Below are positions 26,522-37,194 of a stretch of 49,125 nt of DNA, in pieces. Numbering within the stretch: position 1 is the stretch's first letter; the number at the start of each line of letters is the position of its first letter. The DNA comes from an uncultured Roseivirgaceae bacterium (GTDB taxonomy: Bacteria > Bacteroidota > Bacteroidia > Cytophagales > Cyclobacteriaceae). The notes beneath the pieces were generated by a model, which saw only the letters and a list, made by a program, of their open reading frames with translations, did not search any database and had not been told where the DNA came from. The DNA lies in NCBI GenBank assembly GCA_964352725.1, contig CAYGTD010000001.1, positions 1 to 49,125 on the forward strand. The letters run 5' to 3'. The position numbers and the translations under genes are program-made.

Positions 26522-29337
26522 CTGATGATGTGTACCCACCCATTAATAACCTCAATGGACTCCTCGACGTTCAGTTTTATAAATTCCACTTCTGCAGAAT
26601 AATAATACACACCAGCTGGCAGTTCCTTTCCTGCATTTGTTTTACCATCCCAATCAATGGAAATTGGTTTTTCTGTTCCAGACTCGTAGGTAAATATCTC
26701 TACTCCAGCTCTGCTGAAAACTTTGAATTTTACCGATTTAACAAACCGAGGACAATTTTCTGCATCTTTAAATGCGCTGAACTTCTCATTTAAAATGTCT
26801 CCATTGGGTGTGAAAACATTTGGGAGTTTGAACTGTGTGCAGTTGTCGTTACAAACAATTTCAGAAATCTGACTTTCATTCCCAGAACGGTCAACTGCTG
26901 TGATATAATAACAATACGCTAATGACCTTAATCCATCATGAATAAATTGAAGTTGGGTAGTTTCTCTTAGCAAACTAAATTCATCTGCTCTTGCGATCTC
27001 ACCAGGAACGTAATCTGAATATATTCTAAAAGAGACAATATCATTATCACATGATTGATCCCCATCAAATTGCCATGAAAATGAGTTGGTTAGATTCACA
27101 CTTTCACTACACGAAACTTGAGCCTCACAAGTAAGTGTGGAGCTAAATGTGATAGAGACTGGAGCGCACGGAGGAATGGTATCATTTGGCTGAGCGCATA
27201 TGATTTGAGATTTATTGATTAGAGGTGCGGGTAGTCGTGCATTTCCGTAGGAACCCTGAGTCTCGACATAGTAGCAGTATTCAATTTCTTCATCTAAGTC
27301 AACACCATTGAACCTTCCATTATCTAAATAAGATAGTCCATCCATTGTAACATCTACTGAGTCTATCAATTGGATAGACGATAAATCTCCATTGACTACA
27401 TTATCTCTGTAGATATAATGATATGGAAAATCCTGAACATTTAAGGACCAAGGAACCTCGCCATTCCAATTTATTCTAATTCCACCAACCAACGGTTGAG
27501 GTTCTAATCTTATGGAGGATGCAGCTTGAGACCTCCCTACTTCTCCATTTGAATTATCGTAAAGGATAATTTGATATGCATGAATCAAATCATCGGTATT
27601 TAAACCTGTATCTATAAATGTAGTATCAGTAGATGGGCCGAAAATTGAAGTAAAATCAGCATCAGCTCCAATTCCTTGTTTTCGCAAAACCTCATAGGTA
27701 TATGTGGGCGGAAATGCTATTTCATCAATTTCGTACGGTGGCGTCCAAATTACTCTAATCTCCCCATCAGATTCTCCAGTTGATATGATGTCAACATTTG
27801 TAATCACTGGCACATCTATAAGCAAACTATCACATGCTTCTTCAGAGGCTAAACTCAAGCCTCCTAAAGGACTTGGGAAAGTAGCAACCAATCGATAGCA
27901 ATATTTAGAACCTGGAGCTAAACCCAAATCATCATTGGTGTCAAGAAATGATGTAGTACCTGATTCCAAGGATTCGATTAATTCATAGCCAGAATTAGTT
28001 GGAATTCCTGGATTACATGTGGGATCGAACTCAAATTCATCTACTCTTCTCCATACTTGAATAGAGTCTGCATTTTGACATGAATAGCTATCCCAATTTA
28101 ATTGTATCTGTCTGCCTGCTTGAGTATCTGCAATAAGCCCTGTGGGTGGTGGGCCCAGCACTGTAATTTTCCATGTTTCAAAACTAGTTTGACCTGCCGG
28201 GTTTGCTATCCCTTCAATAGTAGGCATGTCAGTAGCTTTAAATTGAACTTCGTAAGGATTTGTCCTTACTTGTCCACAAATTGTTTCCCAATCAAAAGTT
28301 AGGGTTGCAGGTATCTCCTGAAACACAGGTGGATTAGGACTGTAAGTTGCAGGTGAATTGAGCTCTTCGAAAGGTCCTCCAAAAGCCTCTAATTTGACTG
28401 GATCTCCATTCGGATCAGTGGCCGTAATTATTGCTTGAATACTTGCTCCCGCTACAACACAAGTATCTTCTGGTAATTCTATTTCTGGAGGATCATTTTC
28501 ATAATCGCAAATGATGATTTGCATATCCCTAGTTACAAAACCCAAGCGAATGGTTTCTGATCCAATTTTTCTCCATTCTTCTACTACAAATGCTATGTTA
28601 AATTCTCTACATTCCATATCTGGAATCGTAGCTCCACCCGGAGCATCCCACACAAGAGTCCCATCGCTTGCATTTATTTCAAGCATAGGTGGGCCACTCG
28701 AGGTACTATTTCCAATTGAGAAATTTTCATAAAAACTTGGATCTATTAATGACAGATAACCAGCAACATCGATATTAGAAGCTCTTTTTGGAGTCACGAA
28801 ATAGTAAGACAAACTATCTCCATCTGGATCAACAGCCCCTGGATTATGCTCAAAAATTGCACCAACGACTCCTTGATCAATTGGAGGAACAGTGAAGAAA
28901 GGCGTGTTATTAGATATCAGTGGATCTATTATTATAAGCGTTTCTACATAAAAGGCGATATTGATTGATCCGGGAATATTTTGAACATCACCATTTCTAT
29001 TCTCTTCATTATAACTTACTAAATAACCACTTGGCCCTGTGAAAGTATGTACTAAAGAAAACTGCCATTTTTCAACACCATTTCCTAGATCGACTGGTGT
29101 AGCCCAAGGAATAACTTCTCCCTCGTTTTGGCCGCCGAAAGTATCCCCATCTCCAAAGTCAAACAAACCATTTCCAAATTCCACTCCTCCAACATCTCTA
29201 TATCCAATAAAAGTAAATTTATAGGTAAGGCCAGATACCCTAGTTGCAATAATTTCTCCTGCACGAATGTGAGAAGCTTCAACAATGAATGCTACTATTG
29301 AAAAAATAAAAACAAATACTATCCTGAGGTATCTCAT
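26518..29337 (-). CDS. Cys-rich secreted protein with Ig/FN3-like repeats and T9SS type-B (gliding-motility-associated) C-terminal domain
   Basis: Signal peptide ASHIRAGEI; DPDGDSLSY; YCYY..AVDRSGNES; CTD motifs LPNVFTPNGD..N, WDG, LPAGVYYY, GWVHIIR. Confidence 0.88.
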   Translation of the reverse strand: MRYLRIVFVFIFSIVAFIVEASHIRAGEIIATRVSGLTYKFTFIGYRDVGGVEFGNGLFDFGDGDTFGGQNEGEVIPWATPVDLGNGVEKWQFSLVHTFTGPSGYLVSYNEENRNGDVQNIPGSINIAFYVETLIIIDPLISNNTPFFTVPPIDQGVVGAIFEHNPGAVDPDGDSLSYYFVTPKRASNIDVAGYLSLIDPSFYENFSIGNSTSSGPPMLEINASDGTLVWDAPGGATIPDMECREFNIAFVVEEWRKIGSETIRLGFVTRDMQIIICDYENDPPEIELPEDTCVVAGASIQAIITATDPNGDPVKLEAFGGPFEELNSPATYSPNPPVFQEIPATLTFDWETICGQVRTNPYEVQFKATDMPTIEGIANPAGQTSFETWKITVLGPPPTGLIADTQAGRQIQLNWDSYSCQNADSIQVWRRVDEFEFDPTCNPGIPTNSGYELIESLESGTTSFLDTNDDLGLAPGSKYCYRLVATFPSPLGGLSLASEEACDSLLIDVPVITNVDIISTGESDGEIRVIWTPPYEIDEIAFPPTYTYEVLRKQGIGADADFTSIFGPSTDTTFIDTGLNTDDLIHAYQIILYDNSNGEVGRSQAASSIRLEPQPLVGGIRINWNGEVPWSLNVQDFPYHYIYRDNVVNGDLSSIQLIDSVDVTMDGLSYLDNGRFNGVDLDEEIEYCYYVETQGSYGNARLPAPLINKSQIICAQPNDTIPPCAPVSITFSSTLTCEAQVSCSESVNLTNSFSWQFDGDQSCDNDIVSFRIYSDYVPGEIARADEFSLLRETTQLQFIHDGLRSLAYCYYITAVDRSGNESQISEIVCNDNCTQFKLPNVFTPNGDILNEKFSAFKDAENCPRFVKSVKFKVFSRAGVEIFTYESGTEKPISIDWDGKTNAGKELPAGVYYYSAEVEFIKLNVEESIEVINGWVHIIR

Positions 29338-29420
29338 TGACTGACTTTAGGAATCCAATAGTAAAGATAATTGGTAAATACGCACTAAAAATTTTTTAAA
29401 CAAGAATCATGCAATTCATG

Positions 29421-29533
29421 TTATTTAGAACACTTAGCATCTAAAAAACGCTTACTTTTAAAATTTAATCTATTTGGAATGAATCAAAAGTAACATTTAA
29501 GATTGCGGGGCAAGCATTCGGAAATTACCTTTG
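29421..29533 (+). promoter_or_regulatory. sdhCAB promoter region with iron-box-like sites
   Basis: TTATTTAGAA at 29421; CTATTTGGAATGAATCAAAAGTA at 29470; TACCTTTG -7 element at 29526-29533. Confidence 0.5.
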
Positions 29534-29559
29534 ACAAAAATCGACTTAATTAATTATCC

Positions 29560-30234
29560 ATGAGTTGGACCAAACAATTTTTCACAAGTAGCATAGGTAG
29601 GAAATTCGCAATGGCTCTTTCAGCCCTCTTTCTTATCATTTTTTTACTTCAACATTTTATCATCAATTTAACTTCTGTTTTCAGCGAAGAAGTATTTAAT
29701 GAAATATCACATTTTATGGGTACCAATCCCGTGGTTCAGTTTGCATTGCAGCCCGTTTTAATGTTTGGAGTAACGTTTCATTTCATTATGGGCTTTATTC
29801 TAGAGATTAAAAATAAAAATTCAAGAGAGGTCAAATACGCGATGAACAAAGGAGAAGCTAATTCTTCTTGGATGTCTAGAAACATGATCTGGAGTGGGTT
29901 ATTTATTCTTTTCTTCCTAGGATTCCATTTTTATGACTTCTGGATACCTGAAATGAATTACAAATACATTGAAGTAAATCCAGAGAATCCAACTAGATAT
30001 TACGATGAAGTAGTGCACATGTTTGCGAATCCTGCGAGAGTAGGTATTTATGTTCTCTCCTTCGTATTTCTCTCGTTGCATCTAATGCATGGCTTTCAGT
30101 CAGCATTCCAGTCAGTAGGTGCTAGGCACAGCAAATACACCCCTGGAATTATCAAGCTTGGTAAATTGTATGCTATTCTTGTCCCGCTAGGTTTTGTATT
30201 CATTGCTCTTTTTCATTACATCAATTCCCTTTAA
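29560..30234 (+). CDS. sdhC: Succinate dehydrogenase cytochrome b subunit
   Basis: SSIGRKFAMALS; five TM helices with heme His residues; HLMHGFQSAFQSVG. Confidence 0.94.
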   Translation: MSWTKQFFTSSIGRKFAMALSALFLIIFLLQHFIINLTSVFSEEVFNEISHFMGTNPVVQFALQPVLMFGVTFHFIMGFILEIKNKNSREVKYAMNKGEANSSWMSRNMIWSGLFILFFLGFHFYDFWIPEMNYKYIEVNPENPTRYYDEVVHMFANPARVGIYVLSFVFLSLHLMHGFQSAFQSVGARHSKYTPGIIKLGKLYAILVPLGFVFIALFHYINSL

Positions 30235-30246
30235 GAAATAATAGGT

Positions 30247-32256
30247 ATGTCAAAATTAGATTCTAAAATACCTGAAGGTCCTATCAAGGATAAATGGACC
30301 AACCATAAAAACAATGTTAAACTTGTCAACCCTGCTAATAAACGCTCTATTGATGTGATTGTGGTAGGAACTGGCTTAGCTGGCGGGTCTGCCGCTGCTA
30401 CGCTTGCCGAGCTTGGGTATAATGTAAAGGCATTTTGTTATCAAGATTCTCCAAGACGTGCCCATTCCATTGCTGCTCAAGGAGGTATTAATGCTGCAAA
30501 AAATTATCAAGGCGATGGTGATTCAACCTATCGTTTATTTTACGATACTGTAAAAGGTGGTGACTATCGATCTAGAGAGGCTAATGTCTATCGACTTGCG
30601 GAAGTTTCCACAAACATCATCGATCAATGTGTTGCACAAGGCGTTCCATTTGCAAGAGATTACGGTGGATTATTAGATAACAGATCTTTTGGGGGTGTTC
30701 AGGTTTCAAGAACTTTTTATGCCAAAGGTCAAACAGGTCAGCAGCTTTTACTCGGTTGCTATTCTGCTATGTCACGCCAAATTGGAAAAGGAAAAATCCA
30801 AATGTACAACCGTCATGAAATGATGGAAATTGTGATTGTGGATGGAAAGGCGAGAGGAATTATAGCGCGAAACTTAGTGACAGGTGAGATTGAAAGACAT
30901 TCTGCACACGCTGTTGTAATTGCCTCGGGTGGATATGGAAATGTATTCTTCTTATCTACCAACGCAATGGGTTCAAATGTTTCAGCTGGATGGAAAGTCC
31001 ATAAAAAAGGAGCCTTTTTTGCTAACCCTTGTTTTACACAAATACATCCTACATGTATCCCCCAGCATGGAGATCAGCAATCTAAACTGACTTTAATGTC
31101 TGAGTCTCTGAGGAATGATGGAAGAATTTGGGTTCCTGCAAACAAGGAAGATGCTGAGGCAGTCAGAGTGGGTAAATTGAAACCTACTGAGATTAAAGAA
31201 GAAGATAGAGATTACTTCTTGGAGCGAAGGTATCCCTCTTTTGGAAATCTTGTACCTAGAGACGTAGCATCGAGAGCAGCAAAAGAGCGATGTGATGCTG
31301 GATTTGGAGTAGGAACTAATGAAAGCGGAGAAGCTGTTTATCTGGATTTCTCAGCTGCAATCACACGGTATGGAAAAGAAGCTGCTAATATTAAGGGACA
31401 TCATAATGCTTCTGAAGCTGAAATCCAGAAACTAGGCACTGATGTAGTAGAAGCTAAGTATGGTAACTTATTTCAGATGTATGAAAAAATTACTGCCGAT
31501 AATCCATACAAAACTCCTATGAAGATTTATCCTGCTGTTCATTATACAATGGGTGGTGTTTGGGTGGATTATAACTTGATGACTACCATCCCTGGCTGTT
31601 ATGCAATTGGTGAAGCTAATTTCTCTGAGCATGGCGCCAACAGACTGGGAGCATCAGCATTAATGCAAGGACTAGCAGATGGATACTTTGTACTTCCATA
31701 TACCATCGGAGATTACTTAGCTGATGATATCAGAACTGGAGAAATTCCAACTGACTCGCCTGAGTTTGATGAAGCGGAAAAATCGGTTCAAGAAAAGATG
31801 GACTTCTTTGTGAATAATGAAGGAAAGCATTCTGTAGATTATTTCCATAAGCGACTCGGAAAAGTCATGTGGAATAAAGTAGGAATGGCTAGAAATGAAA
31901 AAGGCTTAAAAGAAGCAATTGCTGAAATCAAAGAAATAAGAGAGCAATTTTGGAAAGAAGTAAGTGTACCAGGAACAGCAAATGGCATTAACCAAGAGTT
32001 AGAGAAAGCTGGAAGGGTTGCTGACTTCTTAGAACTAGGCGAACTTTTTGCAAGGGATGCCCTTGAAAGAGAGGAATCTTGCGGTGGGCACTTCCGTGAA
32101 GAACACAAAACCGAAGAAGGTGAAGCAGTCAGAGATGATAAAAACTTCACATTTGTATCTGCATGGGAATATAAAGGAGAACCATCAGAAGCAGTACTTC
32201 ACAAAGAAGATTTGAAATACGAAAACATAGAACTTAAGACTCGTTCTTATAAATAA
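30247..32256 (+). CDS. sdhA: Succinate dehydrogenase/fumarate reductase flavoprotein
   Basis: VVGTGLAG; [11 protein letters not shown]; QIHPT; HYTMGG; HGANRLG; [10 protein letters not shown]. Confidence 0.96.
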   Translation: MSKLDSKIPEGPIKDKWTNHKNNVKLVNPANKRSIDVIVVGTGLAGGSAAATLAELGYNVKAFCYQDSPRRAHSIAAQGGINAAKNYQGDGDSTYRLFYDTVKGGDYRSREANVYRLAEVSTNIIDQCVAQGVPFARDYGGLLDNRSFGGVQVSRTFYAKGQTGQQLLLGCYSAMSRQIGKGKIQMYNRHEMMEIVIVDGKARGIIARNLVTGEIERHSAHAVVIASGGYGNVFFLSTNAMGSNVSAGWKVHKKGAFFANPCFTQIHPTCIPQHGDQQSKLTLMSESLRNDGRIWVPANKEDAEAVRVGKLKPTEIKEEDRDYFLERRYPSFGNLVPRDVASRAAKERCDAGFGVGTNESGEAVYLDFSAAITRYGKEAANIKGHHNASEAEIQKLGTDVVEAKYGNLFQMYEKITADNPYKTPMKIYPAVHYTMGGVWVDYNLMTTIPGCYAIGEANFSEHGANRLGASALMQGLADGYFVLPYTIGDYLADDIRTGEIPTDSPEFDEAEKSVQEKMDFFVNNEGKHSVDYFHKRLGKVMWNKVGMARNEKGLKEAIAEIKEIREQFWKEVSVPGTANGINQELEKAGRVADFLELGELFARDALEREESCGGHFREEHKTEEGEAVRDDKNFTFVSAWEYKGEPSEAVLHKEDLKYENIELKTRSYK

Positions 32257-32263
32257 GATAGAT

Positions 32264-33025
32264 ATGTCAGATTCAAAAGGATTAAATCTAACACTCAAAG
32301 TCTGGAGACAACAAAACAGCAAGGAGAAAGGAAAAATGGAAACTTACAAGGTTTCAGATATTTCTCCTGACAGCTCGTTTTTAGAGATGATGGATATTCT
32401 CAATGAGCAATTAATCAACGAAAATCATGAGCCAGTGGCTTTTGATCACGATTGTCGTGAAGGAATTTGCGGTAGTTGCTCTATGTACATAAATGGTGAA
32501 GCTCATGGGCCTGGAAGAAGAATTACGACGTGCCAACTTCACATGAGAGAATTTAAGGATGGAGAGACTATTTACATTGAACCTTGGAGAGCAAAAGCTT
32601 TTCCAGTAATTAAGGATTTAATGGTAGATAGAAGCTCTTTCGATCGAATCATGGCCTCTGGTGGATTTGTAAGTGTGAATACATCTGGAAATACCCAAGA
32701 TGCTAATGCTATTCCAATCAACAAGCATGACGCTGATCAAGCATTTGATGCTGCTACGTGTATTGGGTGTGGAGCCTGCGTTGCTTCATGTAAAAATGCC
32801 TCTGCTATGCTATTTGTATCCGCTAAAGTATCTCAGTTCGCCTTACTACCCCAAGGAAAGGTGGAAGCGAAAGAACGTGTTCAAAATATGGTGAATAAAA
32901 TGGACGAAGAAGGATTTGGAAACTGTACCAATACAGGAGCTTGCGAGGTGGAATGTCCTAAAGGAATTTCACTAGACAATATTGCTAGAATGAACAGAGA
33001 ATTTCTCAAGAGTAGTACTAGTTAA
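32264..33025 (+). CDS. sdhB: Succinate dehydrogenase Fe-S subunit
   Basis: CREGICGSC; [11 protein letters not shown]; [12 protein letters not shown]. Confidence 0.96.
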   Translation: MSDSKGLNLTLKVWRQQNSKEKGKMETYKVSDISPDSSFLEMMDILNEQLINENHEPVAFDHDCREGICGSCSMYINGEAHGPGRRITTCQLHMREFKDGETIYIEPWRAKAFPVIKDLMVDRSSFDRIMASGGFVSVNTSGNTQDANAIPINKHDADQAFDAATCIGCGACVASCKNASAMLFVSAKVSQFALLPQGKVEAKERVQNMVNKMDEEGFGNCTNTGACEVECPKGISLDNIARMNREFLKSSTS

Positions 33026-33053
33026 AAGACAAGTACTTGCTTAAAAGAATAAT

Positions 33054-33081
33054 TAGCCACCCATTTTGGGTGGCTATTTTT
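33054..33081 (+). terminator. Terminator of sdhCAB
   Basis: TAGCCACCCA-TTT-TGGGTGGCTA-TTTTT. Confidence 0.88.
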
Positions 33082-33148
33082 GTTACTTTAATTTCTCAAT
33101 TAAAAAAATCACTCATCTAACTTAGCGGTGAAATAATAAAATTCAAAA

Positions 33149-34975
33149 ATGCTAGACTACATCAAACAAGTGTTAAAAAATATGCCCACTGAATGGGTAA
33201 ATCTCACTACACACCGATTAGATATTTATGATGAATCTTTGGCTAAAACTCAGTTTCTTGAGCAGTTTGAAATACTATACAAAAACAGTAATTCATCCTC
33301 AGCCGCGCTGAATGAGTTACCCACCGCTTTTGATTATATCCGTTTAGGTCATCCGCTATCTTGTGTACTGGAATGGGCAGTAGCTAGCTTAAATGATCTT
33401 GACTCAGAAAATGTCATAAGCTTTGGATCAAAGTCAGCTCCAATATTAGCCATCCTTAGAAAAAATTCCCTCTCTAATAAGAAAACTTTAATCACCTACA
33501 CTGGCCAGTTACCTGATGTTTTTGAAACTGACCTTTTGAAACATGTCTATGGCTACCAGTTTGAGCTAAAACAAGTTGATCAAGCACAAGATGCTGCTGT
33601 GTTTGATGGCAGTACTATTTTCATATCACAGCAAGAGGATATTTGTCAATTTGATCCACATCCCTTCATTGATTTTTCAATTAATATTCACCCTCACTTT
33701 GGGAGTGTAGTGATAGTAAATGATAAAGAAAACAAAGGCTATATCTCTGAAATACAACATGTAAGAAGAAGAGAGACCATTGCTATGACACCTGCAAACT
33801 GCTTCGCATCGTTGCAATTGCTTGTAGGAGAAGCCAACAATGAAATCCCTAGAAATACTGCAAAGGATAAAGAGCATGTGATCAATTCAATTAAAGAAAT
33901 TACTTGCACGAATAGCCAAGCACTAGTGGGATCAAGTGGGCTATCTATCCAGTATGCCATTATGATGGGACTTGTAGACGATGCACTAGAGAAACATCCC
34001 GAGAAGGCGATCAAGTTCGTAGTACCCCCCAACTGTTATGGCGGTACGAATGATCAAGCAAGGCGTGTTGCTGCTTGCATTGATCAGGTAGAAATAGTGG
34101 ACTTGCCTGTGGATGGTGACAATGATATGGTGCAAAGCGTGGAGTCAGTTTTAGATGAAATTGCCAAAGCAGATGCTGTGCCTTACATCATTGCGGAAAT
34201 TCCCACCAACCCTAGAGTGGAAGTTCCTGAGCTTTTGCAACTGAAAGAAGCTTTACAAAGGGAACGTAAAACCTCATCCGGAGCACTTGCAATTGATCCA
34301 GTCTTTATTTTAGATCAAACGTTTTGTCCTAATGTTCACTTCTTAGGGAAAGATGCCATACTCTCCACCGTCAGAGCTATTTCGTATGTGAGTGGCTCCA
34401 AGTTTCCAAGTGGCGGACTATGTACTGCTGGCTACTGTGTCGCAAATGAGAAAACAGAATCTCTCATGGAGAAAATAGGATTACACTTAAGACTGTGTGA
34501 CAATGAAGCTACAGACCTTCAAATGGAAATATTGGCGAAGCAATTGCCCTCCATGAATGAACGAATTGAAGGTGCTTACTCTAATACACGCGATTTTGTG
34601 AATTTCATACACAAAACACTACCAACGGCTAAGATCAACTTTGTTTCAGAGGAGTTGGCCAATGAAGGATTTACTCCATCTGTATTTTCATTGGATCTTC
34701 CTACAAAAGGAAACACGGAGGAAGAAAAAGAAACCTACAAAAGAGCCTTAAATCTTAGGTTAATTAATTTGATGATCTCGGAAATTCCTAACGAAAGTAA
34801 GTATTGCGTAAGCTACGGACAACTGAAGGGATGTTACTGGACTATACCTGCCACATCTACTCAAGGAACTACCAAAGAAGGTGACAAAGACTACATTGCC
34901 AGAGTAGCACTTTCAGCAAACATGGACCTTGAACGTCATAAAGAAGTCTTCTTAGATTTTGTCAAAAGTATTTGA
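33149..34975 (+). CDS. Large Cys/Met-metabolism PLP-dependent enzyme (cystathionine lyase/synthase-like)
   Basis: GSSGLS; PNCYGGT; EIPTNP; LDQTF; PLP-Lys motif SGSKFPSG; 608 aa versus about 390 for typical members. Confidence 0.8.
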   Translation: MLDYIKQVLKNMPTEWVNLTTHRLDIYDESLAKTQFLEQFEILYKNSNSSSAALNELPTAFDYIRLGHPLSCVLEWAVASLNDLDSENVISFGSKSAPILAILRKNSLSNKKTLITYTGQLPDVFETDLLKHVYGYQFELKQVDQAQDAAVFDGSTIFISQQEDICQFDPHPFIDFSINIHPHFGSVVIVNDKENKGYISEIQHVRRRETIAMTPANCFASLQLLVGEANNEIPRNTAKDKEHVINSIKEITCTNSQALVGSSGLSIQYAIMMGLVDDALEKHPEKAIKFVVPPNCYGGTNDQARRVAACIDQVEIVDLPVDGDNDMVQSVESVLDEIAKADAVPYIIAEIPTNPRVEVPELLQLKEALQRERKTSSGALAIDPVFILDQTFCPNVHFLGKDAILSTVRAISYVSGSKFPSGGLCTAGYCVANEKTESLMEKIGLHLRLCDNEATDLQMEILAKQLPSMNERIEGAYSNTRDFVNFIHKTLPTAKINFVSEELANEGFTPSVFSLDLPTKGNTEEEKETYKRALNLRLINLMISEIPNESKYCVSYGQLKGCYWTIPATSTQGTTKEGDKDYIARVALSANMDLERHKEVFLDFVKSI

Positions 34976-34991
34976 TCGTTAAAGAGTTGAA

Positions 34992-36275
34992 TTAGTCAAA
35001 AAACGCTCTAAATTCTTCATACTCAGCTCCTATTCGATCAAAGCGGCTTTCCTTTTCTAGCAATGAGGAAATCTTGTTAGTATAATTGGGAAGCTTGATT
35101 GAAGCTTTTTCCATCACATCCAAAAACTTTACCGGGTGAGCAGTCTCCAGAAAAAATCCATGTTCACCTTTTTTCAAGTTTTTCATTAGAGCCTGATATC
35201 CTATTGCGCCATGTGGATCAAGCATATAATCATACTCTTTTGCACAATTTTCTATTACTTGAAGTATGCCCTCATCCAATAGACAATAGCCAGAAATTAC
35301 CTTGGTAAATTCTTCATAGCTCTCTCCAAAAAGTTCTAACATACGAACGAAATTTGATGGAGCGCCTACATCCATTGCATTCGCATAGGTCTGAATGGAT
35401 GGCTTAGGGTCATAATTTCCTGTAATTAGGTAATCTTGTACTACACGATTGGCATTGGCTGCTGCAATAAATCGTTTGATAGGTAAACCCATTTTCATCG
35501 CTAACAGTCCAGCCGTAATGTTACCATAGTTTCCTGATGGCACTGCAATGACTACCTCTTTCCAGCTTTCCAATTGCTGAAAAGCATAGAAATAGTAAAA
35601 ACTTTGTGGGATCAATCTAGCCATATTGATTGAGTTGGCTGAAGATAGATTTACTTTCTTGTTCAATTCCTTATCCAAAAATGCTGTCTTAACTATCTTC
35701 TGACAATCATCAAACGTACCATCTACTTCTATCGCTCTGATATTACCACCCCAGGTAGTAAGCTGTCTTTGCTGAACATCGCTCACTTTTCCTTTTGGAA
35801 ACAGGATTGTTACTTTCACTCCGTTTACCCCGAAAAATCCTGCTGCTACTGCTCCACCTGTATCTCCCGAAGTTGCTACAAGAATGTTGATTTCCTTACT
35901 TTCTTGTTCCATGAAGTAACTTAGACACCTTGATAAGAACCTGGCACCCACATCCTTAAATGCCCAAGTAGGTCCGTGAAACAACTCAAGTGAGCTAATT
36001 TGATTATTCACCCGCACAAGCGGGATATCAAAGTCCACAGTCTCACTCACTATTTGTTGCAAACGATCCTCTGGAATTTCATCTCCAATGAAATGTCTAG
36101 CAATCTCAAAGCCAATTTCCGACTTAGGCTTGTTCCGCAAATTTTGAAAAAATCCTGAGGAGAGTAATGGAATATTTTCTGGAAAAAAAAGACCATTATC
36201 TGCAGGTAAACTATTAATAACTGCCTCCTTAAAAGACACCCGAAGCATTCGATTATTAGTGCTGTAATACTTCAT
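34992..36275 (-). CDS. thrC: Threonine synthase
   Basis: LELFHGPTWAFKDVG; ATSGDTG; SANSIN; VPSGNYGN; ANAMDVG; ETAHPVKF. Confidence 0.96.
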   Translation of the reverse strand: MKYYSTNNRMLRVSFKEAVINSLPADNGLFFPENIPLLSSGFFQNLRNKPKSEIGFEIARHFIGDEIPEDRLQQIVSETVDFDIPLVRVNNQISSLELFHGPTWAFKDVGARFLSRCLSYFMEQESKEINILVATSGDTGGAVAAGFFGVNGVKVTILFPKGKVSDVQQRQLTTWGGNIRAIEVDGTFDDCQKIVKTAFLDKELNKKVNLSSANSINMARLIPQSFYYFYAFQQLESWKEVVIAVPSGNYGNITAGLLAMKMGLPIKRFIAAANANRVVQDYLITGNYDPKPSIQTYANAMDVGAPSNFVRMLELFGESYEEFTKVISGYCLLDEGILQVIENCAKEYDYMLDPHGAIGYQALMKNLKKGEHGFFLETAHPVKFLDVMEKASIKLPNYTNKISSLLEKESRFDRIGAEYEEFRAFFD

Positions 36276-37192
36276 AGTACTTCTGCTCCTTTCCCACTTA
36301 CTGAAGAGATAAAACTAATGCATGGAATTCCACTCTTTTCATATACTTCGGCACACCCCTCTCTGATTTTCTTTGCTTTTATTGGATCATTTGTTAACGC
36401 AAATGAAGAAGGACCAGAACCTGAAATATTGTATCCAAGTGCGCCATTTTCCAAAGCACTTTTTTTCACTTCATCATAAAGTGGAATTAGCATTCTTCTC
36501 ACTGGCTCTACAATCACATCTTCCATAGACTTTCCTATTCGCTCAAAATTTCCAGACATTAATCCGCTAATCATCCCTGCCATATTACCCCATTGCTGAA
36601 CAGCATCTTTAAGATCTACTTGTTTTTTAAGCACTCGCTTAGCATCAGCTGTTTTTACTTGCACATCAGGATAAGTAATAACTGCAAGTAATTCCTCAGG
36701 AAATGGAATATTAAAAACATCTAAGGGGTTGTAACTCCTGACTACTGTAAATCCTCCAAGTAAACTAGGAGCTACATTATCAGCATGTGCAGAGCCAGAA
36801 CTGATGCGTTCACCCTCCATTGCAAAAGCAACCAATTCTGTTTTAGTAAAAGGTTTATCTAGCAATTCATTTACTGCAAAAACAGCTCCTGCAGAACTGC
36901 TCGCACTAGACCCAAGGCCACTCCCTGGATGAATCGATTTCTTGATAGAAAGATCATAACCCTTTTTTAAACCCAATTGAGTGAGCATTGCTTTGATAGC
37001 AACTGTCGCCACATTCGTTTTTGAGTCCATTGGCAATTCAGCTCCTTCTATTCTTGTAATGATCAACTGACTATCATCACGCTCAGTTACCACAATTTCA
37101 TCACCATATCCTTCTAATGCGAATCCTAAAACATCATATCCACAGCCTACATTGGCAACAGTATTCGGAGCAAAAACTTTGATACTTTTCAT
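36272..37192 (-). CDS. thrB: Homoserine kinase
   Basis: TVANVGCGYDVLG; PGSGLGSSASS; HADNVAP; ISGSGPS. Confidence 0.96.
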   Translation of the reverse strand: MKSIKVFAPNTVANVGCGYDVLGFALEGYGDEIVVTERDDSQLIITRIEGAELPMDSKTNVATVAIKAMLTQLGLKKGYDLSIKKSIHPGSGLGSSASSSAGAVFAVNELLDKPFTKTELVAFAMEGERISSGSAHADNVAPSLLGGFTVVRSYNPLDVFNIPFPEELLAVITYPDVQVKTADAKRVLKKQVDLKDAVQQWGNMAGMISGLMSGNFERIGKSMEDVIVEPVRRMLIPLYDEVKKSALENGALGYNISGSGPSSFALTNDPIKAKKIREGCAEVYEKSGIPCISFISSVSGKGAEVL

Positions 37193-37194
37193 AA

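Noticed and set aside
33082-33148. SAM riboswitch before the PLP enzyme
   Set aside because: Only about 65 AT-rich nt, without SAM-I/II core motifs.
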